A DNA stretch of 64,000 nt from Pelagibacteraceae bacterium AG-337-I02 (GCA_003282155.1 QBZY01000001.1:85991-149990); one strand, 5' to 3'; positions 21,273-32,124 are shown, counted from the first letter of the stretch. Notes: generated by a model from the sequence alone, not told the origin. Made by a program: numbers and translations.

Positions 21273-22244
21273 TTATCTTTCTTTAATATATGGCTGACCA
21301 ATTGCATTAGGGGCAATTGCTTTACCAACAAAGCCGGCAAGTAAAACAACAGTTAACACATAAGGTAATGCTTGTATAAGTTGAACAGGTATTTCTCCTA
21401 TTGCAGGTAACTCAACTCCTTGTAATCTGATTTGAAGTGCATCAGTAAATCCAAAAAGTAGACAAGCAACTAATGCTGTTTTAGGATGCCACTTTCCAAA
21501 AATCATAGCTGCTAAAGCTAAGTATCCTCTACCAGCTGACATCTCTCTAAAAAAATTAGCATTTACTGCGGTTGATAAATGAGCTCCAGCAAAGGCAATT
21601 AAAACACCATTAATAGCCAAAGCTTTATATCTCATCGCAAATACATTAATGCCTGCTGTATCAACAGCACTTGGGTTTTCTCCAACTGCTCTTAACCTCA
21701 AACCAAAACTGGTTTTAAACACAACCCAAAACACTAATGGAACTGTAAGATATGCTAAGTAAACAAAAATATAATGCCCACTTAATATATCGCTATAAAT
21801 TGTACCTATTATTGGCACATCTTTTAAACTCTTAGCGAAAGGTAGGTTAACTTCTAGAAAACGCTGATCTTCATTTAATGTTGGTGTTAAACCTGCTTGC
21901 CCAAACCAAGCAGCTGCCAGAGCAGTAGTTAAACCAATTATTAAAATATTTATAGCAACACATGAAACAACTTGATCACCCTTATAGGTAACAGAAGCAA
22001 AACCATGCAACATTGAAAGGCTAACACATGCTATAATAGCTAAAAATAAACCAAGCCATGGATTTCCTAAAAAATAAGAACCTACTGCAGCTACAAAAGC
22101 AGCCATAAGCATTTTTCCCTCTAAGCTAAAATCAATAACCCCTGATCTTTCAGCAAATATACCTGCCATGGCAGCAAAAACTAATGGTGTTGAAATTCTT
22201 AAAGTAGAATTTATTAAAGATGCAATGTCAGATAAAAATTCCAT
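21273..22244 (-). CDS. Nucleoside ABC transporter permease (NupC-like)
   Basis: ERSGV...LEG, GLRLRAVGENP..VDTAGI, GRGYLALAA.IFGKW, LPY. Confidence 0.9.
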   Translation of the reverse strand: MEFLSDIASLINSTLRISTPLVFAAMAGIFAERSGVIDFSLEGKMLMAAFVAAVGSYFLGNPWLGLFLAIIACVSLSMLHGFASVTYKGDQVVSCVAINILIIGLTTALAAAWFGQAGLTPTLNEDQRFLEVNLPFAKSLKDVPIIGTIYSDILSGHYIFVYLAYLTVPLVFWVVFKTSFGLRLRAVGENPSAVDTAGINVFAMRYKALAINGVLIAFAGAHLSTAVNANFFREMSAGRGYLALAAMIFGKWHPKTALVACLLFGFTDALQIRLQGVELPAIGEIPVQLIQALPYVLTVVLLAGFVGKAIAPNAIGQPYIKER

Positions 22245-23359
22245 TATGCATTAGCCTTTAAGTTTAGTCTATTAACAAAGAAGTTTTCGATTTGTGGTCT
22301 AAATAGATTTTCTAAAGCACCACTAAATAAAATAATTACACCTTGGACAGCAACAAACATGTACCTAGTGATATTTGGCATGTCAAATGTAACTTCTGAT
22401 CCGCCTTGATATAAAATTCCAAATAGAAATGCTGCTGGAAAAATTCCTATAGGGTGGTTTCTTCCCATTAAAGCAACAGCTATTCCAGTAAAACCATATC
22501 CAGCCGGAAATCCTGCAACGATTTTATGATGTACTCCTAATATTTCATTAACGCCTAATAGTCCTGCAAGACCTCCAGATATACACATTGCAATAATTAT
22601 ATTTTTATAAGGTGAAATTCCTGCATAAATTGCAGCTTGTGTATTATGTCCAACAGCTCTCATTTCGTAGCCCCATCTTGTTTTCCAAACTAAAAACCAT
22701 ACAAAGACTGATGCAACAATTGCTAAAAGAAAGGAAATATTTAACGGCGAATACCTAATCTTAATTCCAAGTAGGGCAGCAAAATCTTCGAAACTTGGAA
22801 ACCATTGCTCTTTAGGTAAAGCAACCGTATGAGGTCCCATTTGTGTTGTGTCCCTTATTACATCAACAAGAAGAAATACCATTAAAGATGCAGCTATAAA
22901 GTTAAACATAATTGTAGTTATAACTACATGACTGCCTCTCGTTGCTTGAAGGTATGCTGGGATAAAGGCCCAAGCTGCACCAAAAACTACAGCGCCTCCA
23001 ACAGCTAGAAACCATACAATAGGAACAGGTAAAAAACTAAAATTTATAGCAACTAAAAAAACACCTAGACCACCTATATATGCCTGACCCTCACCACCGA
23101 TATTAAAAAGCCTACAATGAAATGCGACGGCAAATGCTAAACCAGTAAAAATAAAATTTGTTGTATAATAAAGTGTGTATGCGAAACCCTCGATATAACC
23201 AAAAGAGCCGTAGATAATTAACTTTACTGCTTCATAGGGATTTTCACCTGCAATAAATATAAATAAGCCTGAAACAAATAATGCTAAAGTTAAGTTAACA
23301 AGAGGAACGATAAGATTGGATACCCACCATGGAACTTTAGATTTATCTACTGTTGCCAT
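22244..23359 (-). CDS. Nucleoside ABC transporter permease (NupB-like)
   Basis: FNIGGEGQ, GYEMRAVG.N..AA.YAGI, GFTGIAVALMGRNHP. Confidence 0.9.
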   Translation of the reverse strand: MATVDKSKVPWWVSNLIVPLVNLTLALFVSGLFIFIAGENPYEAVKLIIYGSFGYIEGFAYTLYYTTNFIFTGLAFAVAFHCRLFNIGGEGQAYIGGLGVFLVAINFSFLPVPIVWFLAVGGAVVFGAAWAFIPAYLQATRGSHVVITTIMFNFIAASLMVFLLVDVIRDTTQMGPHTVALPKEQWFPSFEDFAALLGIKIRYSPLNISFLLAIVASVFVWFLVWKTRWGYEMRAVGHNTQAAIYAGISPYKNIIIAMCISGGLAGLLGVNEILGVHHKIVAGFPAGYGFTGIAVALMGRNHPIGIFPAAFLFGILYQGGSEVTFDMPNITRYMFVAVQGVIILFSGALENLFRPQIENFFVNRLNLKANA

Positions 23360-24879
23360 TACACAACTCCTGCCATTAATAAACCTAACTCACGATCAGT
23401 AACATTTTTATTTTCTTTTTCACCTACTATCTTTCCATCAAACATAACAGCAATTCTATCAGACAATGAAAGCACTTCATCCAATTCAACAGATACTAAA
23501 AGTATTGCAGCTCCTCTATCTCTCATATCTATAAGTCTTTGATGAATAAATTCAATGGCACCTATGTCTACACCTCTCGTTGGTTGACCAACCAATAATA
23601 CTTTTGGTTTTTCATTAAGTTCTCTACTTAAAATTATTTTTTGTTGATTACCACCTGAGAAATTTGATGTTATTAAATTTGGTGATTGAGGTCTTACATC
23701 ATACTCTTCCATAATTGTTTTAGAATGAGAAATTATATCTTTATTATTTAAGATTGATGATTTTGAAAAAGGCTGTTGATCATGATAACCAAATATAAGA
23801 TTTTCATAAGCTTTAAAATCCGTAACTAGTCCCATTCTTTGTCTATCTTCAGGCACGTGCGCTAAACCCTTTTCTTTTAGCTCTCTTGGATTCAGGAAAT
23901 TTTGACTATCTGATATTTTTTTTCCATCTAGATATATTTCGCCTGACTCAACTTTTCTAATTCCAGATAATGCTTCCAATAATTCTGTTTGACCATTTCC
24001 CGTAACACCTGCTAAACCTAAAATCTCTCCTGCACAAATTTCTAAATTTACGTTTTTAACCCTTGTTACATCTAGATCGTCTTTAACTGTAAGATCTTCA
24101 ACTTTAAACACAACATCACCTGTTTTGACCTCTGATTTATCAAGCCTTAACAGCACGCTTCTGCCCACCATCATTTCAGCCAATTGTTCTTTGTTCGTAT
24201 CTTTAGTTTTAATGTGACCAACCATTTCCCCCTGGCGCATTACAGAAACCTGGCTTGTGAGGTCCATTATTTCTATTAATTTATGGGTAATTAAAACAAT
24301 TGTTTTACCTTCCTCGTTAAGTGAACGTAATATTTTGAATAATTCATCGACTTCTTGAGGTGTTAAAACACCTGTGGGCTCATCAAGTATAAGAATTTCT
24401 GCACCTCTATATAACGACTTTAATATTTCAACTCTTTGACGGAATCCAACTGATAAATCAGAAATTATAGAATTAAGATCAATATTTAATTTGTATGTAT
24501 CACAAAGATTTTTTAAATCTTTTTTTGCTTTTACAAAATTTTTTCCAAATACTAATTCACCCTCAAATCCTAAAATTATATTTTCTAAAACTGTAAAGTT
24601 TTCTACTAACATAAAATGTTGGTGCACCATACCAATGCCATTAACTATAGAGTCTTTTGGTGATCTGAGATTTATCTCTTTTCCATTAACTTTTATTGTT
24701 CCTGAATTTGCTTTATAAAGACCAAACACGATGCTCATTAGCGTGGATTTTCCAGCACCGTTTTCCCCAATTATTCCATGGATTGTACCTTTATTAATTG
24801 TGAGGTTAATATTCTTATTGGCATGAACATGGCCGAAAGATTTATTTATATTTTTTAACTCAAGGATAGGTGAGACCAT
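23359..24879 (-). CDS. Nucleoside ABC transporter ATPase, two domains (NupA-like)
   Basis: GENGAGKST, GMVHQHF, LDEPT, PEDR, SGGNQQK, QPTRGVD. Confidence 0.92.
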   Translation of the reverse strand: MVSPILELKNINKSFGHVHANKNINLTINKGTIHGIIGENGAGKSTLMSIVFGLYKANSGTIKVNGKEINLRSPKDSIVNGIGMVHQHFMLVENFTVLENIILGFEGELVFGKNFVKAKKDLKNLCDTYKLNIDLNSIISDLSVGFRQRVEILKSLYRGAEILILDEPTGVLTPQEVDELFKILRSLNEEGKTIVLITHKLIEIMDLTSQVSVMRQGEMVGHIKTKDTNKEQLAEMMVGRSVLLRLDKSEVKTGDVVFKVEDLTVKDDLDVTRVKNVNLEICAGEILGLAGVTGNGQTELLEALSGIRKVESGEIYLDGKKISDSQNFLNPRELKEKGLAHVPEDRQRMGLVTDFKAYENLIFGYHDQQPFSKSSILNNKDIISHSKTIMEEYDVRPQSPNLITSNFSGGNQQKIILSRELNEKPKVLLVGQPTRGVDIGAIEFIHQRLIDMRDRGAAILLVSVELDEVLSLSDRIAVMFDGKIVGEKENKNVTDRELGLLMAGVV

Positions 24880-24926
24880 AAAGTTATCTAATCTCTTGGT
24901 CTCACCAAATTTTTAAAATAGTTCTA

Positions 24927-25904
24927 TTACTCTTGCGACCAGTCAGCAACTTCCATTGATCCACTCATTATATCTGCTGCTGCTGCGGATACAGCTGCTT
25001 CCATCGCAGAAGTTACCATACCGTCTTCAGTAGCATAACCAACCATACCTTCTGCTAAACCAAGAATATGAATTCCTGATTCGAAAGTACCTGCGTCAGT
25101 CTTTTGAGCTTGTTCAAAAATCGTTAAGTCCAAACGCTTTAACATAGAAGTAAGCATGTTACCTGGGTGCATCCAGTTTTGGTTTGTATCAACACCGATG
25201 CCCATAATACCTGCATCAGCTGCTGCTTGTAGAACGCCAATACCTGTTCCACCTGCTGCTTGATAAACAACATCTGCGCCACCATCAATTTGTGCTTTTG
25301 TTAACTCAGCACCTTTTGTAGGATTATTCCAAGCTTCTGGTGTTGATCCAGTCATGTTAGCTAAAACATTTATATCAGGATTTACATAAAGTGCACCTTG
25401 CTCATAACCTCCCTGGAACTTTCTAATTAAAGGAATATCCATTCCCCCAACAAATCCAATTGTTCCACTTTCAGAAGCCATAGCTGCGATCATACCAACT
25501 AGGAAAGAACCTTCGTGTTCCTTATAACAAGCTTGATAAATATTGCTTGCCGGATCATCCACCCAGCATACATCAACTGCTACGAAGTTTGTATCAGGAT
25601 AATCTGGGGCAACTGCTGCAACTGCATCGGCTTGGGCAAAACCCATTGCTACGATTAATGATGCACCTCTATCTGCGATCTTACGCATACCTTGTTCAAT
25701 TTGAGTGTTATTAGAAGCTTCAAATTCAACCATGTCCCATCCAAGTTCATTTTGAACTCTCAATGCGCTTTCATAAGCTAGTTCATTAAATGATTTATCG
25801 AACTTACCTCCAGAGTCATATACAACTCCGATTTTGTTTGCAAACGCACTTGAAGAGAAGACAAGAGCGAAAGAAACTGTAAAAATACTTAAAATTTTCT
25901 TCAT
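24927..25904 (-). CDS. BMP-family nucleoside-binding protein
   Basis: Signal peptide; DKSFN, EHEGSFLVG, GFVGG, AAGGTG.G, GVD.NQ, SMLK. Confidence 0.92.
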   Translation of the reverse strand: MKKILSIFTVSFALVFSSSAFANKIGVVYDSGGKFDKSFNELAYESALRVQNELGWDMVEFEASNNTQIEQGMRKIADRGASLIVAMGFAQADAVAAVAPDYPDTNFVAVDVCWVDDPASNIYQACYKEHEGSFLVGMIAAMASESGTIGFVGGMDIPLIRKFQGGYEQGALYVNPDINVLANMTGSTPEAWNNPTKGAELTKAQIDGGADVVYQAAGGTGIGVLQAAADAGIMGIGVDTNQNWMHPGNMLTSMLKRLDLTIFEQAQKTDAGTFESGIHILGLAEGMVGYATEDGMVTSAMEAAVSAAAADIMSGSMEVADWSQE

Positions 25905-26021
25905 ACTAAAAATCCCCCTTAAATATGAATTATAGATACCTCATTGATAACATTTTATTATAAAAAAAATGCATTAAAAAATGAGATTATGGATAAATAA
26001 TAGGATTTTTTATGGATAACT

Positions 26022-26642
26022 TCAAGTGCCCATATACCTATCACCTGCGTCACCTAAGCCCGGTACAATGAACTTATTTTTATTCAACCTAGCATCAATA
26101 TTACATGTAAATATATGAATGCCTTTTTGTTTTTTCTGGATATTTTTTATACCCTCAGGTGCAGCAAGTAAGGACACTAGAAATATATCTTTAATATTAA
26201 CTCCTTTATTTTTAATAAGGTTGATAGCAGCAATTGATGAATTGCCTGTTGCTAACATTGGGTCTAGTATTAATACTTTTTTATTTTTAACTCTTGGAAG
26301 TTTAAAAAGGTATTCTACAGGTTCATAAGTTTGTTCATCACGGTATAAACCAATATGGCCTTTTTCAGCTTCAGGTAGGAACTTTGCAAAACCTTCAAGT
26401 AGTCCTAAACCCGCACGTAAAATTGGCACTAAAATAATCGATTGACCCAAGACTGTACCACTCATTTTTATAAGAGGGGTTTCAATTGTTTGTTTTTTAA
26501 AAGGTACATATTGTAGGACTTCAGAAGCAATGAGGTAGCTTATTTCATTCATAGTTTGTCTAAAAACAGTATTTGATGTTTTTTTATTTCGTAAGACCGT
26601 TAACTTGTATTGAACAAACGATGATTTAATTACTGTAATCAT
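26022..26642 (-). CDS. upp: Uracil phosphoribosyltransferase
   Basis: PILRAG, GLYRDE, DPMLATG, IVPGLGDAGDR. Confidence 0.97.
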   Translation of the reverse strand: MITVIKSSFVQYKLTVLRNKKTSNTVFRQTMNEISYLIASEVLQYVPFKKQTIETPLIKMSGTVLGQSIILVPILRAGLGLLEGFAKFLPEAEKGHIGLYRDEQTYEPVEYLFKLPRVKNKKVLILDPMLATGNSSIAAINLIKNKGVNIKDIFLVSLLAAPEGIKNIQKKQKGIHIFTCNIDARLNKNKFIVPGLGDAGDRYMGT

Positions 26643-26662
26643 ATAAGATTACATATATAGAA

Positions 26663-27163
26663 ATGCCACTAAGAGCAATGCGGTTATCAATTTATTTTTT
26701 AACATTAGTATTTTTATCTAGCTGTACAACAATTGAAGTTGGAAAAGAGGTTGTTAAGGTTGGTAAAGTTGTAAAAGATAAAGTTGAAAAAACTGTAACA
26801 AAAAAAGAGACAGAAATTATTGAAGATAAAACTATTGTTGAGGAGCAGCAGATTATTACTGAAGAAAAAGAAGAAGAAAAAACTATAGTTAAAGAACAAC
26901 AAAAAATGGCAGAGATAAATTTTATAGGAAAACAGCTTGCTGAGATAAAACAAAGATTAGGACAGCCTAATTTATCACGTTCTGATGGATCAGTTCATAT
27001 GATGCGATATGATAGTACTTCATGTAGATTATTTATCTTCTTCCATTTAAACTCCAATATTAAAAGGGTAGAATATTTTGAATTTCGAGACTCTTTTGGA
27101 GAGCTTATAAACACAAAGCGATCTATAGAAGAGTGTTATAAAGAATACGACTTTACTAGCTAA
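26663..27163 (+). CDS. Hypothetical lipoprotein
   Basis: Lipobox LSSC (likely start ATG at 26678), E/K-rich linker, C-terminal LGQP...R.DG...Y....C.L domain. Confidence 0.65.
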   Translation: MPLRAMRLSIYFLTLVFLSSCTTIEVGKEVVKVGKVVKDKVEKTVTKKETEIIEDKTIVEEQQIITEEKEEEKTIVKEQQKMAEINFIGKQLAEIKQRLGQPNLSRSDGSVHMMRYDSTSCRLFIFFHLNSNIKRVEYFEFRDSFGELINTKRSIEECYKEYDFTS

Positions 27164-30100
27164 TTTCGACAAGTAGATCTTTTGTCTCCACATTATCACC
27201 AGAAGCAACATTGATTGATTTAATCGTTCCACTCTTATCAGCATTTATAGTGGTTTCCATTTTCATCGCTTCAATAACTAATAATTTATCACCTTTAATT
27301 ACTTTACTACCTGATTGAACGAATATTTTTGCGACCTGACCTGGTAAAGGTGATCCTATGTGACCAAAGTTATTATCTTCGGCTTTTACTCTTTGTGTAA
27401 TATTTTTTGAAAATTCTTTATTCTCTATATCTATTGTTCTTGGCTGTCCGTTAATTTCAAAAAAAACAGAACACTTACCGTTACTGTTAACTTCACTTTT
27501 AGCTAGGTATCGTAAAATAAGATTTTTTCCTTTATCAATTTCTATAGTGTATTCCTTATCTTGTTGAGGACCATAGAAAAACAATTCGGTTGAAAGAATT
27601 GATGTATCACTAAATTCCTTAAAGTGATCGACATAATCTTTAAAAACTTTTGGATACATCAAGTAGGATGCTAGATGTGCTTGATTAACCTTCATACCTA
27701 TTTCATCTTCTAAATTTTTTGCTTCCTTATTTAAATCAACTGACTCTAAAACTTCTCCAGGTCTTTTTATTAATGGTTTTGTGTCTCCAAGAACTTTCTT
27801 TTGTAATTCTTTTGGGAAACCACCGTGTGGTATACCAATTTCCCCTTTAAAAAATTCAATTACAGAAGCAGGAAAAGAAATTTCTTTTTTTGGATCTAAT
27901 ACATCTTCTTTAGATAAATCATTAGCAATCATATAGAGTGCCATATCACCTACAATTTTAGAAGAAGGTGTCACCTTTACAATATCACCGAAAAGTTGGT
28001 TTACCTCTGCGTATTTATTGGCAACCATCCCCCACTTATCAGTTGTAATGCCCAAAGATCTTGCTTGCTCTTTTAAATTCGTAAACTGTCCACCTGGCAT
28101 TTGATGGAGATACACGTCAGAACTTCCCCCTTTGAAATCAGTTTCAAAAGCATGATAATTTTGACGTACTTGCTCCCAATATAAAGATAGTGTTCTTATT
28201 GCTTCGTCATCAAGTTGAGGATCTTGATAGTTTTGTTTCATTATAGACACGATAGAGCCAAGTGCAGGTTGTGATGTTAACCCACTCATCGAGTCAATTG
28301 CAAGATCTACGATATCTACTTTTTCTTCTATTGCCGCAAGAACTGATGCTGATGAAGTGCCTGATGTATCGTGAGTATGAAAATGAATTGGAAGATCAGT
28401 TGTTTGTTTAATTTCGTTAACTAATTTTTTTATAGCATTAGGTTTTGCTAATCCCGCCATATCTTTAATGGCGATAATATGTGCTCCTGCTTTTTCTAAG
28501 TCCTTAACAAGATCAATATAATATTTTAGTGTATATTTTTTTTCATTTGGATCAGTTACATCATTTGTATAACAAATAGTTCCTTCACAAATTTTATTTT
28601 GATGGCGTACTTCATCAATTGCAACACGCATATTATCAATTAAGTTTAATGAATCAAAAACTCGGAATACATCAATTCCAGCTTCTGCTGACTGTTGAAT
28701 GAAATGTTTAACAACGTTATCTGGATAATTTTTATATCCAACAGCATTAGATCCTCTAAAGAGCATTTGTTTAAGAAGGTTGGGGGCTCTTTTGTTTAAT
28801 CTTGCTAATCTATCCCAAGGATCCTCTTTTAAAAAACGCATAGAGGTATCAAAAGTTGCACCTCCCCAACATTCTAACGAGAATAAGTTACTTAGATTTT
28901 CACTATAATATTCAGCAATATTAACAAGATCATCAGTTCTCATTCTTGTAGCAAGAAGCGATTGATGTGCATCACGCATCGTTGTATCAGTAATTAGGGT
29001 GTAGGGTGTTTCTTTTATTTTTTTTGCAAATTTTTCAGGACCTAAAGATTGTAGATCTTTTACATAATCATTTTTCTCACTTTTAATATTTGAAATAGGA
29101 ATTTGAATTTCTATAGTCGAATTACTATTAACTCTTCCAGATATATCATTGTGTCCGTTTACAATTATGTTTCCAAGATAAGATACGATTTTAGATGCTC
29201 GATCTTTTTGAGGATTATAAGCATAGAGCTCTTTTTTAGTATCAACAAAATTTGTATTGTAGTTTCCTTCAAGGAAATCTTTATTGTTGATAAGAGATTC
29301 TAGAAAGACTAAATTCGTTTTAACACCTCTAATTCTAAATTCTCGCAAAGCTCTATCCATTCTTTTAATACAGTCATCTTGATGCTTTGCCCAAGTTGTT
29401 ACCTTAACAAGTAGAGAGTCATAATAGGGTGTAATGATAGAACCAGATGATGCATTTGCTGCATCTAATCTAACACCAAAACCAGCTGCAGATCGATAAG
29501 TCATGATCTTCCCATAGTCTGGCATAAAATTATTAAGTGGATCTTCGGTAGTAACTCTACATTGAATTGCAAATCCATTTAGATTAATGTCTTCTTGTTT
29601 AGGAAGTGCAGGGTGATTGCCAATTTTCTCACCTTCTGCAATTTTAATCTGGGCTTTAACAATATCAATACCGGTTACTTCTTCTGTTACTGTGTGTTCA
29701 ACTTGAATTCTTGGGTTAACTTCAATGAAATAAAATTTACCAGATTTTTTATCAAACAAAAATTCAACAGTTCCTGCTCCAAAATATTTAACTTTTTTTG
29801 CAATTTTAATTGCAGCATTACAAATGTCTTTTCGAGTTTTTTGTTCAAGAAAATGTGCAGGTGCTCTTTCAATAATCTTTTGATGCCTTCTTTGGAGAGA
29901 ACAATCTCTTTCAAAAAGATGTAGAATATTTCCATGTCTGTCACCCAAAATTTGAACTTCAATGTGCGCAGCATCTTCTAAAAATTTTTCTATAAATACT
30001 TCATCTTTTCCAAAAGCTTTAAGTGACTCACTTTGAGCAGTTGTAATTTGATCTATTAATAAGTTGCTTGATCTAACAACACGCATTCCTCGACCGCCAC

Positions 30101-30596
30101 CACCCCAGCTAGCTTTGACAATTACTGGGTAACCAATTTTCTCAACTTCTTTTTCAACATTTTTTAAATTTTCTTTTGTCACGAGAACAGACGGGACAAT
30201 GCCCACTTTTGATTCTTCAGCAACTTTTTTAGCTTCGGTTTTATTGCCAAATCTTTTTAATATTTCTTTACTGGGTCCAATAAACGTTATGTTATTTTTT
30301 TCACACTGCTCTGCTAGTTCAGGACTCTCAGATAAGAAACCATAACCAGGATGAATTGCATCTACTTCAGCATCTTTTGCAATTTTAATAATAGAGTTTA
30401 TGTCCAGATATGCTTGTATTGGACCTTTGCCCTCACCAACTAAATAACTTTCATCTGTTTTAAATCGATGAATAGCAAAACGATCTTCTTTAGAATAAAT
30501 GGCAGCAGTTTTAATACCAGATTCCTCAGCAGCTCTGAAAATTCGAATAGCAATTTCACTCCTGTTTGCTGCTAAAATTTTACTAATCTTTTTCAT
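27156..30596 (-). CDS. pyc: Pyruvate carboxylase (single chain)
   Basis: ANRSEIAIR, GGGGRGMR, DTTMRDAHQSL, HTHDT, EAMKME biotin site. Confidence 0.97.
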   Translation of the reverse strand: MKKISKILAANRSEIAIRIFRAAEESGIKTAAIYSKEDRFAIHRFKTDESYLVGEGKGPIQAYLDINSIIKIAKDAEVDAIHPGYGFLSESPELAEQCEKNNITFIGPSKEILKRFGNKTEAKKVAEESKVGIVPSVLVTKENLKNVEKEVEKIGYPVIVKASWGGGGRGMRVVRSSNLLIDQITTAQSESLKAFGKDEVFIEKFLEDAAHIEVQILGDRHGNILHLFERDCSLQRRHQKIIERAPAHFLEQKTRKDICNAAIKIAKKVKYFGAGTVEFLFDKKSGKFYFIEVNPRIQVEHTVTEEVTGIDIVKAQIKIAEGEKIGNHPALPKQEDINLNGFAIQCRVTTEDPLNNFMPDYGKIMTYRSAAGFGVRLDAANASSGSIITPYYDSLLVKVTTWAKHQDDCIKRMDRALREFRIRGVKTNLVFLESLINNKDFLEGNYNTNFVDTKKELYAYNPQKDRASKIVSYLGNIIVNGHNDISGRVNSNSTIEIQIPISNIKSEKNDYVKDLQSLGPEKFAKKIKETPYTLITDTTMRDAHQSLLATRMRTDDLVNIAEYYSENLSNLFSLECWGGATFDTSMRFLKEDPWDRLARLNKRAPNLLKQMLFRGSNAVGYKNYPDNVVKHFIQQSAEAGIDVFRVFDSLNLIDNMRVAIDEVRHQNKICEGTICYTNDVTDPNEKKYTLKYYIDLVKDLEKAGAHIIAIKDMAGLAKPNAIKKLVNEIKQTTDLPIHFHTHDTSGTSSASVLAAIEEKVDIVDLAIDSMSGLTSQPALGSIVSIMKQNYQDPQLDDEAIRTLSLYWEQVRQNYHAFETDFKGGSSDVYLHQMPGGQFTNLKEQARSLGITTDKWGMVANKYAEVNQLFGDIVKVTPSSKIVGDMALYMIANDLSKEDVLDPKKEISFPASVIEFFKGEIGIPHGGFPKELQKKVLGDTKPLIKRPGEVLESVDLNKEAKNLEDEIGMKVNQAHLASYLMYPKVFKDYVDHFKEFSDTSILSTELFFYGPQQDKEYTIEIDKGKNLILRYLAKSEVNSNGKCSVFFEINGQPRTIDIENKEFSKNITQRVKAEDNNFGHIGSPLPGQVAKIFVQSGSKVIKGDKLLVIEAMKMETTINADKSGTIKSINVASGDNVETKDLLVEIS

Positions 30597-30807
30597 CAAG
30601 CCACCATTAAATCAAGATTATTACTTAATATTTTTTCGAGGATGCATCTATATGTTCCTTACAAAATTAGCAAGAGATCAAAGGAATTTAGCCATTTTTT
30701 AGGATTTGGAAGCAGTTATATATTGATAATAAATGATTAATATAGATTACATTATCTGTGCACATATGTCCCTTTATCACAGAGGCTGTTTTGATTAATG
30801 TGAAAAT

Positions 30808-31254
30808 ATGAATTCAATGAATGAAAATATAAGACCCTATCAAAGTTGTTCTAAATCAGTCTTCTTGATTTTAGGAATTATTTTTATAAGTTGGATTTCA
30901 TTATTCTCTATTTTTTTGATTGTACAAGGTGCTTGGCCTGTGTCTATATTTCTTGGACTTGAATACTTAATTATTTTTTATTTAATCCGTTTATATTTCA
31001 AAGAGAAAAATATTAAGGATGAAATTAATATTGATCAAAAAGTGATATCTATAAAGAAATATAAAGGTGATAAACTGTTACATTCATCTAAATTCAGCAC
31101 TTATTGGTCCAAAGTTTTTTTTACAAAATCTAAAAACACTTCCAAGTTATCAATAAGAGAATCAGATAAAGAAACTGAAGTTGCAACTTTCTTGCATGCT
31201 GATTTAAAAGAAAACTTATATTTAAGGATTAAAAAACAATTAACATATTATTAA
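30808..31254 (+). CDS. DUF2244-family membrane protein
   Basis: Two TM helices flanking GAWPV..F.GLE; C-terminal EVATFL. Confidence 0.75.
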   Translation: MNSMNENIRPYQSCSKSVFLILGIIFISWISLFSIFLIVQGAWPVSIFLGLEYLIIFYLIRLYFKEKNIKDEINIDQKVISIKKYKGDKLLHSSKFSTYWSKVFFTKSKNTSKLSIRESDKETEVATFLHADLKENLYLRIKKQLTYY

Positions 31255-31278
31255 TTTTTTATCTCAAAACATTTATAA

Positions 31279-32124
31279 TTATAAATAATTTAATTCTTTC
31301 ATGACTTGCTTGCAGGAAGCTTCAATTTTTTTTATTTGAGCTAAACTTAATATATCTTTCCATTGTTCTGCTTTACCTGATCTGAAAAATTTATCTTTAC
31401 CTTTATGAGTTTTCATTCCAAATTTTTTTTCACTTTTTTGTAGTAAACTAAATTCTGAATTCTTAACACTCAACTGAACTCTGCTATTATCCTTTTTGTG
31501 ATTTAAGATTTTTGATAGAAAATCTATTGTATTATTAAACTGGCCAAGACAATCTTTTAATAAATCTTCATATTTTATTATTATACGTGGCATATAGGGC
31601 ATTCCGTATTTCCATGATTTATAATGATAGCTCCAAGATCCTAGAATTTCTATATATGGATAATTATCTATAGAGTTTAAGTTGTAAAATAATTTATCAT
31701 CACAAAGATCTGATATAATTTTATCATAACTTTCATTTTTGTAATGTGCATAAGAAATGACAACATCTCTTGGATCTCTAACAATATAGATAGCCCCTAA
31801 AGTTAAATCCATATTGGTAAAGTCGTTTTTTTCTATTGATATTAAAGCATTGTGGTTTTTAAAAAAAACAACGTTTCCACCTTCAATATCAACTTCTTTT
31901 TGTAAGTCCAACCAATATTTAGAAATATTAAATGGGTTTTCTTTTAGAGATTTTTTATCTACAATTTTTTTTATTAGACTCAGTTGTGGAAATATTAAAA
32001 TATTATTATCTGCTATTTGAAAATTAAATTCATTGCTCCTATTAAAGAAATAATTAGATATTAAAAATCTCATCCAAGTGTTTCCACTTTTTGGATATGA
32101 TGAAATCCAAATAATTTTTTTCAT
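31279..32124 (-). CDS. PAPS-dependent sulfotransferase
   Basis: SYPKSGNTW (5'-PSB), RDPRDVVIS (3'-PB), KYEDL, FFRSG...QW. Confidence 0.9.
   Translation of the reverse strand: MKKIIWISSYPKSGNTWMRFLISNYFFNRSNEFNFQIADNNILIFPQLSLIKKIVDKKSLKENPFNISKYWLDLQKEVDIEGGNVVFFKNHNALISIEKNDFTNMDLTLGAIYIVRDPRDVVISYAHYKNESYDKIISDLCDDKLFYNLNSIDNYPYIEILGSWSYHYKSWKYGMPYMPRIIIKYEDLLKDCLGQFNNTIDFLSKILNHKKDNSRVQLSVKNSEFSLLQKSEKKFGMKTHKGKDKFFRSGKAEQWKDILSLAQIKKIEASCKQVMKELNYL

Noticed and set aside
26714-26953. Phe-rich 79-aa minus-strand ORF
   Set aside because: Antisense of the E/K-rich low-complexity linker of the lipoprotein.
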